A stretch of 64,000 nt of DNA, from the IMG/VR virus record IMGVR_UViG_3300050015_000702. One strand, 5' to 3'. The translations under genes and the position numbers were made by a program. How positions within the stretch are numbered: the first letter of the stretch is position 1; every line of letters starts with the position of its first letter. Positions 47,817 to 57,590 of the stretch are shown piece by piece. The notes beneath the pieces were generated by a model. It did not search any database and was not told the DNA's origin. It worked only from the letters and a program-made list of their open reading frames with translations. Source of the stretch: a virus.

Positions 47817-49699
47817 TAGTATTCGTATTCTTTACCGGGTTCTTGCATGTGTTGAGCTGAAGTACCTGTTGGTTCATTTTCATCTCCAAAGTCAGATTGA
47901 TAAGCAGGATCTAATTTAGCTAGTTTTTCTAGAGCTTCTTCATTAGTATAAACCAATGCAGCAGCTTCTTCTGGCATTAATCCATCCTCAAAAGCAGCTT
48001 TTAATTCATCATGAACAATAGTAATAAAATCGCCAGCTTCCTCTTCATCCATTTCAAATTCCGTAACTAATTCAGAATAAACTCCTTCGAAAAAACGAAC
48101 TATTTCTGGGCTAACTCCTTCATCAATATCTTCTTCGTCGGTTTTTTCATCTGTATTATCTAATAATGCAACATTCTGGTGCATTAATACGCTTTCATTT
48201 GTTTCCATCTTAGCCTCCCTGAGTAATTCGGCTACCGGTTCTTTTAACGATTCCGGAAGATATTTCTGTAGCCTTTTCAACTTTTCTATATCTCCAGCAT
48301 CGAGAGCTTGATCAATCTCTTTCTGTATTTCGAACTTATCCATTTTGGAATAGTCCTTAACTGTAATTTCTGGTTCTTCTTCTCTGTGTCTCATCTGAGG
48401 CGCATTACGATTTACCATTTCTTCATATTCGGTATTAGCACTTTCCTCTTTGCCCATTTCTTCGGCAGCTTTTGTAAGAAGTGCTTTATTATTCGCAAAT
48501 TCATTGGCAATAGAAATAGGACTCATACCTGCTCTCCAGAACTGATCTAGTTTAGGAGCGGCAACGATCATAGCATAACGAGCAAGAAGACCATCTACTT
48601 TGTAGAGGTTTTCCATTTTTTCTACTATTTCATTTAACCAATCAGCAACTTTATCTTCATTCTCTGGATTCCAGGCTGAATTGCTTTCATAAGCTTCATT
48701 AGTCTTTTTAGGACCAAAGCCTAATTTCTTTAATTGATCAAGAATTTCTTTAGGCTTAATATCACGATATTGATTGCTTATAATTTCATAACCGGCTTGG
48801 AAACGTTTAAGACCATTTAAATCTACCCCTCCTAAAAGTTTTTCTCCAATACTTTTGGCATCGATAGAGCCATATCCCTTTCTCATTTGCTGAAGAATAT
48901 CTTCCATTGCCTTATCAAAGTTGGCAAGAATCTGTTCTTTGAATTTCTCTATTTCAATATCAACTTTTTTATCGATTTGAGCTCTTTTCTTTTCTTCAAA
49001 TTTTTCGAATCTTTTCCTAGCTGCTGGAGAAACCCCTCTGTCATAATTGTTTCCTTCTTTTCTTTCAAGCGGGTCAACAGGAGCATTTCTTCTAATTTGA
49101 CCTTTCTTTTCTCTTGCAACATCTTTAAAAATGTTTAGAAGCTCAACCTTTTTACCGGCATCAACTAATTTCTTAATGAAATCTAAAAGACCCGCAGTAT
49201 TATATTCACCAATTAAAGCAGGATCATGCCATTCCCCTCTTCTTCGCTCGTTTAATACTTCGTTAGATTTTAGAGGATTTGAAATAGATTCCGTTGTAGG
49301 TTTTGGATTCGCAGCAGCATATCGAGCTGCTCTTTCATCTTCTTGTCTTTTCCATTCAGCATCTCTTGCTTCTTGTTCCCTTTTTCTACGAGGAGCTCTT
49401 ATAGAATGCTCTTCATCCGCATCCATTACCTCAAACTTTTGTGGAGATTTTTTCTCTATATAGTATTTGGTTTTGCCATCCACTTTTAGAATAGTAGCAA
49501 TCTTACCTTCATCTTTTAAGAATTTAGTTAACTTTGCAGGAGTTTCAGAAGCATCCATAGTGTTTACTTCAGAATTTTCACCAGCACGATAATTCTGGAT
49601 AAGTTTAGTCTTCCATTCCTTAGGCATATCAGCAATCTGCTTAAGAGTGCCCATATCCTCATTTAAGAAGTTTTTTAAAGTTGTGGATGCGTATGACAT
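47816..49699 (-). CDS. Putative head internal/core protein
   Basis: 627 aa, charged and helical; FLNED, VLNE, TNEA and TNES protease-like sites. Confidence 0.5.
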   Translation of the reverse strand: MSYASTTLKNFLNEDMGTLKQIADMPKEWKTKLIQNYRAGENSEVNTMDASETPAKLTKFLKDEGKIATILKVDGKTKYYIEKKSPQKFEVMDADEEHSIRAPRRKREQEARDAEWKRQEDERAARYAAANPKPTTESISNPLKSNEVLNERRRGEWHDPALIGEYNTAGLLDFIKKLVDAGKKVELLNIFKDVAREKKGQIRRNAPVDPLERKEGNNYDRGVSPAARKRFEKFEEKKRAQIDKKVDIEIEKFKEQILANFDKAMEDILQQMRKGYGSIDAKSIGEKLLGGVDLNGLKRFQAGYEIISNQYRDIKPKEILDQLKKLGFGPKKTNEAYESNSAWNPENEDKVADWLNEIVEKMENLYKVDGLLARYAMIVAAPKLDQFWRAGMSPISIANEFANNKALLTKAAEEMGKEESANTEYEEMVNRNAPQMRHREEEPEITVKDYSKMDKFEIQKEIDQALDAGDIEKLKRLQKYLPESLKEPVAELLREAKMETNESVLMHQNVALLDNTDEKTDEEDIDEGVSPEIVRFFEGVYSELVTEFEMDEEEAGDFITIVHDELKAAFEDGLMPEEAAALVYTNEEALEKLAKLDPAYQSDFGDENEPTGTSAQHMQEPGKEYEY

Positions 49700-49714
49700 T
49701 ATAAATATCTTATT

Positions 49715-50353
49715 TTATTCTTCGTCTTCGTCTTCTTCCTCGATCAGTAGTATTTCCTTGACAATATCATGAGAAACATCTTCTGCAGGAACTTCCTGAA
49801 GGAATTTACCTTTTAAATCCCAAAGATCCTGATTTCTTTCAAGCCAGATTATAAGTTCGGGCTCATTTCCTTCTTCCGGACTAAGTAATACTTCCCAATC
49901 AGGAATTTCTGATTTGATAAGTGCATCAATGTCTTTTAAATAATCGTCGAAAGAATACCCATTAGCATCAGCATCTTCATTTATATCTTCCTCTTCTTCC
50001 GGCAATTCAACATCGGCAATCTCATCTATTTTAACTTTGGTATTGCTATTTTGATATTTTACAACAAAAGTATTCCCAGAAGGAAATTCAGCCATAGGAA
50101 CGGCTTCGAATTTATCCCCATTTTTCATGAGGAACAATAATGTTTCACGAGAAAACTCGGGAACTAGAAGTTCGTTTCTTAATACAATTCGAATCTTATC
50201 TTTCCTGTCTTCAATATCCACTTCATCCTCTTCCATATCGGGCATGCCAGATGTGTCCATGATTTCATCATCGGGATTTACTTCATCTCCGATTTCAGGT
50301 TCTAGTTCTTCTTTTATAAAATCGCCAAAATCCTCAGAAACAAGTCGCTTCAT
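49715..50353 (-). CDS. Highly acidic hypothetical protein (MKRLVSED propeptide-like start)
   Basis: 212 aa, D/E-rich. Confidence 0.55.
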   Translation of the reverse strand: MKRLVSEDFGDFIKEELEPEIGDEVNPDDEIMDTSGMPDMEEDEVDIEDRKDKIRIVLRNELLVPEFSRETLLFLMKNGDKFEAVPMAEFPSGNTFVVKYQNSNTKVKIDEIADVELPEEEEDINEDADANGYSFDDYLKDIDALIKSEIPDWEVLLSPEEGNEPELIIWLERNQDLWDLKGKFLQEVPAEDVSHDIVKEILLIEEEDEDEE

Positions 50354-50365
50354 AGCTTTTCGTTT

Positions 50366-51169
50366 TTAGTATTCCATTTCTTCGTTAGCACCTTCGATGC
50401 CAGCGAATTCATCTTCATCGTCTTCGTCAGGAGTTTCGGTTTCAGCATTCATCTGATCCAAATCAGCATCAGTCATTTCATCTTCTTCACCTTTTCTCTG
50501 ATTCATAAGATCCATTGGAGGAATTTCTTCTTCATCACCTTCTGGACCCATGTCTTCTGGACCTACTTCTGCATCGCCGCCACCAACTAATTGAGCTCTT
50601 GTACTTGGGCCTTCTTCAGGTTCTTCCATTGGTTCTTCTTCAACCTCTTCTTCACCTTCTTCGGGTTCTTCCATTGGTTCTTCTTCAACTTCTTCTTCCC
50701 CTTCTTCAGGTTCTTCAACTGGCTCTTCAACTGGTTCTTCAACTTCGGGACCTACCATTTCTGGACCTTCTGGACCGGGACCTTCTTCAGCTCCCATAGG
50801 TTCTGCAGTTAATTCGGTTGCAGGTTCTTGACTAGGTTCTGCCATCATTTCAGGATGGAAGTCATTAATCGAAGGCATAAGTGGTTCGTTAGCCATTCCG
50901 CCAGGTAGCTGGGGAGCTGATCCACCAGGAGTTTGTTCCTGAGGAGTTAAAGTTGTCTCTCTTCCGTAGGTTACATATTTCTTAATAGCCTCGAGATAAT
51001 CCTCAGATTTAGTTAAGTAACTTTGAACCCATGCATCAAGTCCTTCTTCAAAGACTTCAACCTGATCCAAAAGTGACTGAGCATTAGCGATGATACTTTT
51101 TAGTTGAATCATTGCCTGATGAGATTCCTCTTTTTCAAATAGACGTTTCTTGGTATTCATATTATTCAT
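50366..51169 (-). CDS. Acidic P/E-rich late protein (prohead core-like)
   Basis: AMIQL..I...A..L...LDAWVQSYLTKSEDYL helical domain plus a low-complexity tail; late promoter at 51170-51184. Confidence 0.55.
   Translation of the reverse strand: MNNMNTKKRLFEKEESHQAMIQLKSIIANAQSLLDQVEVFEEGLDAWVQSYLTKSEDYLEAIKKYVTYGRETTLTPQEQTPGGSAPQLPGGMANEPLMPSINDFHPEMMAEPSQEPATELTAEPMGAEEGPGPEGPEMVGPEVEEPVEEPVEEPEEGEEEVEEEPMEEPEEGEEEVEEEPMEEPEEGPSTRAQLVGGGDAEVGPEDMGPEGDEEEIPPMDLMNQRKGEEDEMTDADLDQMNAETETPDEDDEDEFAGIEGANEEMEY
50610..50745 (-). repeat. Coding tandem repeats (45-nt EEPEEGEEEVEEEPM and 12-nt VEEP units)
   Basis: Visible in both DNA and protein. Confidence 0.8.
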
Positions 51170-51207
51170 TTTATTTTATATATTAAAGCACAAAAAAGGG
51201 GAATATT

Positions 51208-52911
51208 CTAGTATTCCCCTTCATCTAACTTTTCTAGCACCAAATCTGAGAAACCTGCGTTTTTCTGTATCTCTATTCGATAAGAGAAGTATTCGACAGG
51301 CAATGCAGAGTGGTTGATAATGAAGATGTTCATCGAAAGCTCCTTTGCAGTCTTTTGAAGCATTCCAATAATATCATAAATACCATCGCCATCAATGGAA
51401 GAAAGAACTTCATCAAGCATAAATATGTTCAGGGAAGGATACTTTCGTTTAAGCATACGTATGATCGATATTAGGACCGCTAGATCAACTCTTTTCTTTT
51501 CTCCAGTGGATAATGTCTCCACGTTGACATCGATGCCTAATTGCTCTATTTTTGGCTCAAAATCAGAATTAAATCTGAGGTCATAAGGAAAGTGAAGTTC
51601 ATGTAAGGTGAATTCAATCTCCTTGTTCAAAGTTGGAAGATAAGATTCCATAATTCTTTTCTTAACTCCGCTATCCGAATAAAGATCAGAAAGAATAGCC
51701 ATATACTTGAATTTATCATCCAATTCTACCTTTTCATCTTCCTTAGTTTTGATAGATGCCGTATTTTTAGAGATAATATTTTCAATACTCTGAAATTCTT
51801 TAGGCTTATCCTTCTTAAGATTACCGTATTCTTTTTTAAGCGAGTTTGCTAGAGATATTACTTGGATAATATAGTCGTTTATTTTTCCAAGAGCTTCATC
51901 CACTTTAGCCAATAATTCCCCATATTTGTTTTCACCAGTTAATAAAGTAGCTAGTTCATCATTCTTAGCTCTAAGTTTCTCAGTTAAATCTCCCTTGAGA
52001 AGTTCAAAGCTTTTATCATTGAACGGAGTTTCGCAAGTTGGGCATTTGTCTTGATTAAACAGCTCAATCTTCTTATTGAGCTGTTTAATTGAAGTCTGTA
52101 CGGCTGTTTTTTGATCATTAAAAGCATTTTGAGCTCTTCGAATGTCATCCTGTTTATCGGAGTATAGTTTTTGTTTGGCATAAGCATTATCTAGCTTGGG
52201 TTTGAGTTCGACAAGGATTTTTGTAATTTCATCTATTCGTTTTGTATTATCCTCGGCAACTTCCTTCTTAAGCTTTTCAAGTTCTTTTTCAGCTCCTTGA
52301 ATTGAAGCCTGTAATGAAGCTATCTCTCTATTGAATAAATCAATATTAATTTTAGCATCCCGAAGATCCTTCTTAACCAAATCATTCATGCGGTTAATAA
52401 CTTCCATCGCAAATAGTTTATCAATAATGATACGCTTATCACTTGGAGACATTGATATGAATGATTTGAAGTCATTTACCGAAAGGGAAATAATGTTACT
52501 AAAGATATGATACGGGAGTCCCGTAACTTCAAGATCGATGTAGTCCTGATAGTTCTTTATGCCTGCTTTACCAATATCATTATCCTCGTTTGGTTCTTCA
52601 CCAGGCATATATTTGAAAACTTTTAATTCGGATGGGGAAACATTACGCTCAATAGTTACAAGAGTTCCGGGAGAAGTTTCGACCTCACCACGAATCCAAC
52701 CATGAGCATTCATCCTATTTGCTATATTTTCTTTTTTAAATTTTTCCAATCTTCCATAAAAGAGAATTTTTGGTAAGTTAACTAGAAAACTCTTACCTGC
52801 ACCATTTCTACCTAATACCATCCAGAGTCCGCCATTAGTCGAAAAATCGAGCTTTTGTAATTTATTTCCAAACGGGCCTATATTTCTAAATTCAATGGAA
52901 TTGATATGCAT
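51208..52911 (-). CDS. SbcC/Rad50-like recombination ATPase (T4 gp46-like)
   Basis: GRNGAGKS, CPTC zinc hook, LSTGE signature, FMLDE, IINH. Confidence 0.92.
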   Translation of the reverse strand: MHINSIEFRNIGPFGNKLQKLDFSTNGGLWMVLGRNGAGKSFLVNLPKILFYGRLEKFKKENIANRMNAHGWIRGEVETSPGTLVTIERNVSPSELKVFKYMPGEEPNEDNDIGKAGIKNYQDYIDLEVTGLPYHIFSNIISLSVNDFKSFISMSPSDKRIIIDKLFAMEVINRMNDLVKKDLRDAKINIDLFNREIASLQASIQGAEKELEKLKKEVAEDNTKRIDEITKILVELKPKLDNAYAKQKLYSDKQDDIRRAQNAFNDQKTAVQTSIKQLNKKIELFNQDKCPTCETPFNDKSFELLKGDLTEKLRAKNDELATLLTGENKYGELLAKVDEALGKINDYIIQVISLANSLKKEYGNLKKDKPKEFQSIENIISKNTASIKTKEDEKVELDDKFKYMAILSDLYSDSGVKKRIMESYLPTLNKEIEFTLHELHFPYDLRFNSDFEPKIEQLGIDVNVETLSTGEKKRVDLAVLISIIRMLKRKYPSLNIFMLDEVLSSIDGDGIYDIIGMLQKTAKELSMNIFIINHSALPVEYFSYRIEIQKNAGFSDLVLEKLDEGEY

Positions 52912-52976
52912 TATTTATGATTTTAAATGTATATATTTTATAACAAAATGATTAAAAGTTTTAAGAATATATAAAT

Positions 52977-53036
52977 AAAGCAGTAAGCTTATCGCGAAAT
53001 AAGCCACCGAAGAGGGATCAACGGCTGTCCTGCTTT
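52977..53036 (+). other. Structured 5' leader between a late promoter and the HNH gene
   Basis: AAAGCAG/CTGCTTT closing stem with an internal GCTTAT-cgcgaa-ATAAGC hairpin; GC-rich patch. Confidence 0.45.
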
Positions 53037-53068
53037 TAATATTTATTCTAAAATAATAGGGGGAAATA

Positions 53069-53668
53069 ATGAATCATCTGAGAATTTATGAAAGCATTAT
53101 TGCTAATGCTAAATTAGAAAATCGTGAAAAATTAGCAAAAACTAGTGAAAATTATGTTTATTATGAAAATCACCATATAATTCCAAGGTGTGTGGGCGGA
53201 GGGGAAGAAAAAGAAAATAAAGTATTATTAACTGCAAAAGAACACTTTGTTTGTCATAAATTATTAATTTATATTTATCCTAAAAGCCGAGGTTTAGCAC
53301 TAGCTTTGCGAAGATTCTTATATTCAAGAAAAAACGGCATGACATTTTCTTCTAAAGATTATGCATTTGTAAAAAATGCTATTTCATTAATACCTGTTAG
53401 TAAGGAAACTTGTGAAAAACTATCTAAAGCAAAAATGGGAAAACATCCTACTGATGTTACAAGGAAAAAACAGAGTGATGCAAAAATAGGAAAGCCTTCA
53501 GGGAAAAAAGGAAAATCCTTATCGCAAGAAACAAAAAATTTAATATCTGCATCTTGTTTAGGGTATCAGCATACAGAAAAAACAAAAGAAAAATTCAGGG
53601 GAAGAATTCCTTGGAATAAGGGGCTAAGAAAAGAAAAGTGTTATTCTAAAGATATATTGTTTATTTGA
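53069..53668 (+). CDS. HNH homing endonuclease with NUMOD3 repeats (opposite strand)
   Basis: YYENHHIIPRCVGG..N.VLLTAKEHFVCHKLL; late promoter at 52965-52980. Confidence 0.85.
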   Translation: MNHLRIYESIIANAKLENREKLAKTSENYVYYENHHIIPRCVGGGEEKENKVLLTAKEHFVCHKLLIYIYPKSRGLALALRRFLYSRKNGMTFSSKDYAFVKNAISLIPVSKETCEKLSKAKMGKHPTDVTRKKQSDAKIGKPSGKKGKSLSQETKNLISASCLGYQHTEKTKEKFRGRIPWNKGLRKEKCYSKDILFI

Positions 53669-54207
53669 GCCCATTTTTTAAATGCTGCCAAATGCTTATT
53701 TAAACCCATTATTCCATATTTTATTGGAGCGGGGGATTCGTATCCTCCTTTGCCATCCTGAGCGTAAATAATAAAGGATTTTCCTCTTTTTTCTATTTGA
53801 CTTCCATTACTAAGTTTTCCAGAAATATCATCTGATTCTGATTTATATTTTTCCAGAAAATTCAAGGTTTGAGTTAAAAATTTATAGCATTCTTTGGGAT
53901 TTCCATAAAATAAAGTAATCATTTGTTCCAAACTAGACCATCTGCCATCCGTACATGCCATGTGAAGCATGGGTTCCTTATCTCCTTCTCTAGAAGAAGT
54001 TAAACCCGGGGATATGGTCTCTCTTTTAGTTCTAGTTATCCCTATCTCAGTATTTTGTGAATCCGAATTTTGGGATTGAGAATATGCTGGGGTTCCCATC
54101 ATTCCTCCAACAAAAGCTGCACCTACAATTCCTTTAGCCAACTTGCTTCTCCAATCTTCATTAAGATTAAAATTAAATTCATCTAAAGATTCATAAACTA
54201 ATTTCAT
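53641..54207 (-). CDS. Late protein with propeptide-like N-terminus followed by a signal-peptide-like segment
   Basis: MKLVYESLDEFNFNLNE-DWRSKLAKGIVGAAFVGGMMGTPAYSQ; late promoter at 54214-54230. Confidence 0.6.
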   Translation of the reverse strand: MKLVYESLDEFNFNLNEDWRSKLAKGIVGAAFVGGMMGTPAYSQSQNSDSQNTEIGITRTKRETISPGLTSSREGDKEPMLHMACTDGRWSSLEQMITLFYGNPKECYKFLTQTLNFLEKYKSESDDISGKLSNGSQIEKRGKSFIIYAQDGKGGYESPAPIKYGIMGLNKHLAAFKKWAQINNISLE

Positions 54208-54249
54208 TGTTTGTTTTTCTTTATATATTTTAAAAACAAATAATGAAAT

Positions 54250-54717
54250 TCAGAATTTAATTATTTTAGCTATTAATTCATATCTTTCATCATCATATTT
54301 ATGATGATGAAAAACCGCTCTTGATTTATCCTGATCAAAATAAACATAAATATCGCCGGTCATTATTGTATCAGGATCCCCAACTTTTATAGTTTCCATT
54401 CCATCCAAAATTCGTATAATTCTGTCTTGATCTTCTTTATTGAATGAATCTATTACTTTAAGTATTTGATTTATTTCCTGAAAAGCCTGACTCATTTTTA
54501 AACGGGTCAAAAGAGTTAATTCGCTAAAAGCTACTAGTGCTACCTTGAATCCTTCTATTTTTTGAAATAGAGGGGGTGGAGGGGGTTGAAGTTTACGAAT
54601 ACTTTCCATAGCGACTTTAACAATTTCAACAGTTTTTGCTAAATCGCTTTTTATCAAATATGAATTTTTAAATCTTTTTGCTTCTTCTGATAGTTTTATC
54701 TTGCTCATATTAGTCAA
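54250..54717 (-). CDS. Hypothetical protein (start possibly ATG 54708)
   Basis: 155-aa ORF preceded by AAACTT-N15-TATAAA. Confidence 0.55.
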   Translation of the reverse strand: MTNMSKIKLSEEAKRFKNSYLIKSDLAKTVEIVKVAMESIRKLQPPPPPLFQKIEGFKVALVAFSELTLLTRLKMSQAFQEINQILKVIDSFNKEDQDRIIRILDGMETIKVGDPDTIMTGDIYVYFDQDKSRAVFHHHKYDDERYELIAKIIKF

Positions 54718-54758
54718 TTTAGTTATTAAGTTTATAGGGGGTTTCTTAAAAAAGTTTC

Positions 54759-54781
54759 AAAAAAAGGGCGCTTTAACGCCC
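54759..54781 (-). terminator. Intrinsic terminator
   Basis: GGGCG-ttaaag-CGCCC-TTTTTTT. Confidence 0.75.
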
Positions 54782-54812
54782 CCTGATATAACCTTGTGGA
54801 TTAAATACTTAA

Positions 54813-55700
54813 TTAAAATTTAGTTCCGCATTTTGAACAAAATGCATCGCTGGATTTTCTCCTTCTTTTACCGCAACCAGTACAGAAAACTTTCACATCT
54901 TCTATAACAATTGGTCTTTGAGAATCTGGTTTGATATTCCAGGTGGTTTTCCATGAGTAATAGGAATTGAACTGAGTTGAATCAGTTGTAAATCCCTGAT
55001 AAGACTGGCTTCCCTTTTCTACTCTACCTGTTTCCAGAGGTTGAGGACTTGCGGGCATTTCCAAATCTGAATGTAATGAACATGAACAGAGAAACATTTG
55101 ACTAGTTTCCATGCTATCCATTACTGGGGATCTCCGGGATTTTGGTCCGGAAAAAGATTTAGTTTCATAAAGAGCATCGTTTGCACTTCTTTCAAAGTTC
55201 ATTCCCTTAACATGAGATGAATTGCCAGAAGTTAATGTGGATCCACCCCAACCACCTGAACCATTATAATTGGTCCACGAAGGGTTCCATGATGGATTGC
55301 TCCAAGTTATTGAAGATCCCTGGTAAACATTGTGTGTTACCATTTCGTCGAAGAATTCTACATCGACTCTTCCGTTTAATCTGATGGCTTCTTTAACATT
55401 ACTGTCAGCACCATCTACGACATAAGTCTCGAAAAGAAACTTACGAGCTTCTTCCAAATATCTTTCAAGAAATACTCGTTCGCCTGGACGCAAAACGATA
55501 CCTGAACCGAGAGATTTCCCGTTCAAATTGATTTTGGCTAAAACTTTGTTGTTTGTTGGATTGAATAGTTCGAGTTCGAACTCGTCTCCGTTATTGAGAT
55601 ACACTGTATCACCGAACTGTTTTACTCGTTGTCTACCTTTGGTGACAAATGCTGCGGGTACAGTACTGTTTACCCTTTGGGCACTTAAATTTATTGTCAT
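54813..55700 (-). CDS. Hypothetical protein with N-terminal beta-sandwich-like domain and C-terminal Zn ribbon
   Basis: YL.NGDEFELELFNP, GIVLRPGERVFLER, ETGRVEKGS, FCTGCG..FCSKCGTKF. Confidence 0.7.
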   Translation of the reverse strand: MTINLSAQRVNSTVPAAFVTKGRQRVKQFGDTVYLNNGDEFELELFNPTNNKVLAKINLNGKSLGSGIVLRPGERVFLERYLEEARKFLFETYVVDGADSNVKEAIRLNGRVDVEFFDEMVTHNVYQGSSITWSNPSWNPSWTNYNGSGGWGGSTLTSGNSSHVKGMNFERSANDALYETKSFSGPKSRRSPVMDSMETSQMFLCSCSLHSDLEMPASPQPLETGRVEKGSQSYQGFTTDSTQFNSYYSWKTTWNIKPDSQRPIVIEDVKVFCTGCGKRRRKSSDAFCSKCGTKF

Positions 55701-55824
55701 TCCTTACGTTATTTTTATATGAGTGTTTATTTGTTGGAGTGACCCAACTCAAATGCTACGTGAGCACTAAACCCTCAATCACAAGGTTATTCATCTTATA
55801 TATCAAAGAAGCAAAAAAGTTTTG

Positions 55825-55980
55825 CTAAACCCACTTTTGTTCCTGGTAGTATCGTAAAATTATTTCAGCACCAAGACCATCTGCTTTACTTTCGCATTCT
55901 TCATTCTCAATTTCGAATGGGAGTTCACAGACAACTGTCCATCCGTGTTCTTTTAAGAGATCAATATCAATTTGTCTCAT
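55825..55980 (-). CDS. Small hypothetical protein (51 aa, not in the ORF track)
   Basis: MRQIDIDLLKEHGWTVVCELPFEIENEECESKADGLGAEIILRYYQEQKWV*. Confidence 0.5.
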   Translation of the reverse strand: MRQIDIDLLKEHGWTVVCELPFEIENEECESKADGLGAEIILRYYQEQKWV

Positions 55981-56079
55981 TTTTCTCAATTATATCCAAA
56001 TCACATAATTTACAATCCATACAAAGAACGATGCTCCAACATACCATGCATTCTTTTTTGCATATTCTAGTAGATAGTT

Positions 56080-56460
56080 TCATCTTATACGACCTTCTTT
56101 TAAGTTCTTTTTAATTTTTTCCATATCTTTAAACATAGTTCCACATTTATTGCAGACAAAATATTCATCTATAACCCAAGAAGAATATCCAGGACCAATT
56201 ATCCCATTATCATTTCTCTTAACAATATGATTTTTACTCGTGGATTTACAAGAAGGACATTTGATCTTTTTGATTCGAGTTTCCTCTGCTTTGCGAGCTT
56301 CTTCCTCTGCTGCAGCTTTTGCACGAAGATGTTTGCCATACCAATCGGGATCTATATCTACTGGTTTAGATACAACCCCACTTTCTTTAAGTTTTTCCAT
56401 AGCAGATTTTATGTATATGGACTGTCTTGTTTGGAGTTTATCCCCCGCTTTCTTTACCAT
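56080..56460 (-). CDS. Zn-ribbon hypothetical protein
   Basis: CPSC...CNKCG. Confidence 0.65.
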   Translation of the reverse strand: MVKKAGDKLQTRQSIYIKSAMEKLKESGVVSKPVDIDPDWYGKHLRAKAAAEEEARKAEETRIKKIKCPSCKSTSKNHIVKRNDNGIIGPGYSSWVIDEYFVCNKCGTMFKDMEKIKKNLKEGRIR

Positions 56461-56924
56461 TCTATGGGTCTTAAAATTTCAGAAGCATCACAAATTAAAT
56501 CATCCAGATCATTATAGATTTGGATATTGGGTCTTGCCAATTTGGTTTGAATAATTACGTCTTGAGTTCTTTCATAACCTTTTTCGCATCCGATAAGTAT
56601 TGGAATTTCAGGTCTTGAATTTCCCCACATACCAAGTTCATAAAGAACTATAGGATTTATGGATCCCCTGCTAAACCAAAATAAAATCACATCAGCATTC
56701 ATAAGGTGAATAAATTCCCAAGTTATTTGGGCTTCTTCATTATTGGGATCATAAAAGGGTCTTCGGGGATTATAAATTGTAACCCCATACATATCTTTTA
56801 ATCCATCAATAACCACACTTTGCCAATCTGGGCAATTAGTAATTCCTCCGGCTAAGAAGATAGATTTGTTATTAAGATTTTCTGGAGAATAAATCTCGCC
56901 TGGTGCTGTAATAATTAGTGCCAT
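56454..56924 (-). CDS. Nucleoside 2-deoxyribosyltransferase-like protein
   Basis: SIFLAGGITNCPDWQ, YNPRR, QITWE, ADVILFWF, PIVLYELG. Confidence 0.85.
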   Translation of the reverse strand: MALIITAPGEIYSPENLNNKSIFLAGGITNCPDWQSVVIDGLKDMYGVTIYNPRRPFYDPNNEEAQITWEFIHLMNADVILFWFSRGSINPIVLYELGMWGNSRPEIPILIGCEKGYERTQDVIIQTKLARPNIQIYNDLDDLICDASEILRPIEW

Positions 56925-56925
56925 A

Positions 56926-57240
56926 TTATTCTATCCCCATGTCTTTAACTACGTTTTTAGCTTCTTCCATTTCAATTTCTTCAATCTTCTTAGCATCTGG
57001 TGCAGATACGGTGAATTTACCAAGATCATCAAATACTTTCTGTAGAAACTCTGATTTTTCTTCATCAGTTCCTTCAAAAGCTTCAATAAAATTCTTTGTG
57101 AAGATAAGAGTTTTATAGCAGTGATAACGAATTGCATTAAATTCTGCTTCGTCTCGTATTCCACCGCCTAATGAGTGTTCATCAATTAAAATTTGAGAAC
57201 AGTAGTTCTCATGGTAGTCTGATAATTTTACTTTTTCCAT
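56926..57240 (-). CDS. Hypothetical protein
   Basis: 104 aa in a coupled small-gene cluster. Confidence 0.6.
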   Translation of the reverse strand: MEKVKLSDYHENYCSQILIDEHSLGGGIRDEAEFNAIRYHCYKTLIFTKNFIEAFEGTDEEKSEFLQKVFDDLGKFTVSAPDAKKIEEIEMEEAKNVVKDMGIE

Positions 57241-57590
57241 TATGCTTTTCTACTTAATTTTATTTCTTTGCCACATACCGGGCATTTGTATTCCAATTTT
57301 CTTGCACATTCTTCACAAAACTGAGTGTCATTCACCATCCAACAATCCCATAATTCCCTTAAGTGACGGGTAACTTTTAAAAGTTTGCCATAACATTCGA
57401 TAATATATTCGGGTGTAGGCGGTTCTGTATTATATTGGGTAGTTTTTCCAAAATGATAATGCTCTATTTTCTTCCAAACTTTTCCAGTACATTGATATTC
57501 ATCTTTATACTGCATGTTATCCCCGAATCCAGACCAGAAAGCTAAATTCTTTCCGCATTTTTTACAATATACGTCGTGTGTGCTGTGCAT
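57240..57590 (-). CDS. Cys-rich (Zn-finger) hypothetical protein
   Basis: CKKCG, FCEEC, CPVCG. Confidence 0.6.
   Translation of the reverse strand: MHSTHDVYCKKCGKNLAFWSGFGDNMQYKDEYQCTGKVWKKIEHYHFGKTTQYNTEPPTPEYIIECYGKLLKVTRHLRELWDCWMVNDTQFCEECARKLEYKCPVCGKEIKLSRKA

Noticed and set aside
52977-53036. Glycine riboswitch or twister/hammerhead ribozyme call
   Set aside because: Only a partial ACCGAAG resemblance; the required conserved cores are absent, so it is left unassigned.
55180-55205. MNFERS in the 295-aa protein as another FER tag
   Set aside because: Lacks the preceding [VIL]-x-E and the downstream P..L.IG.
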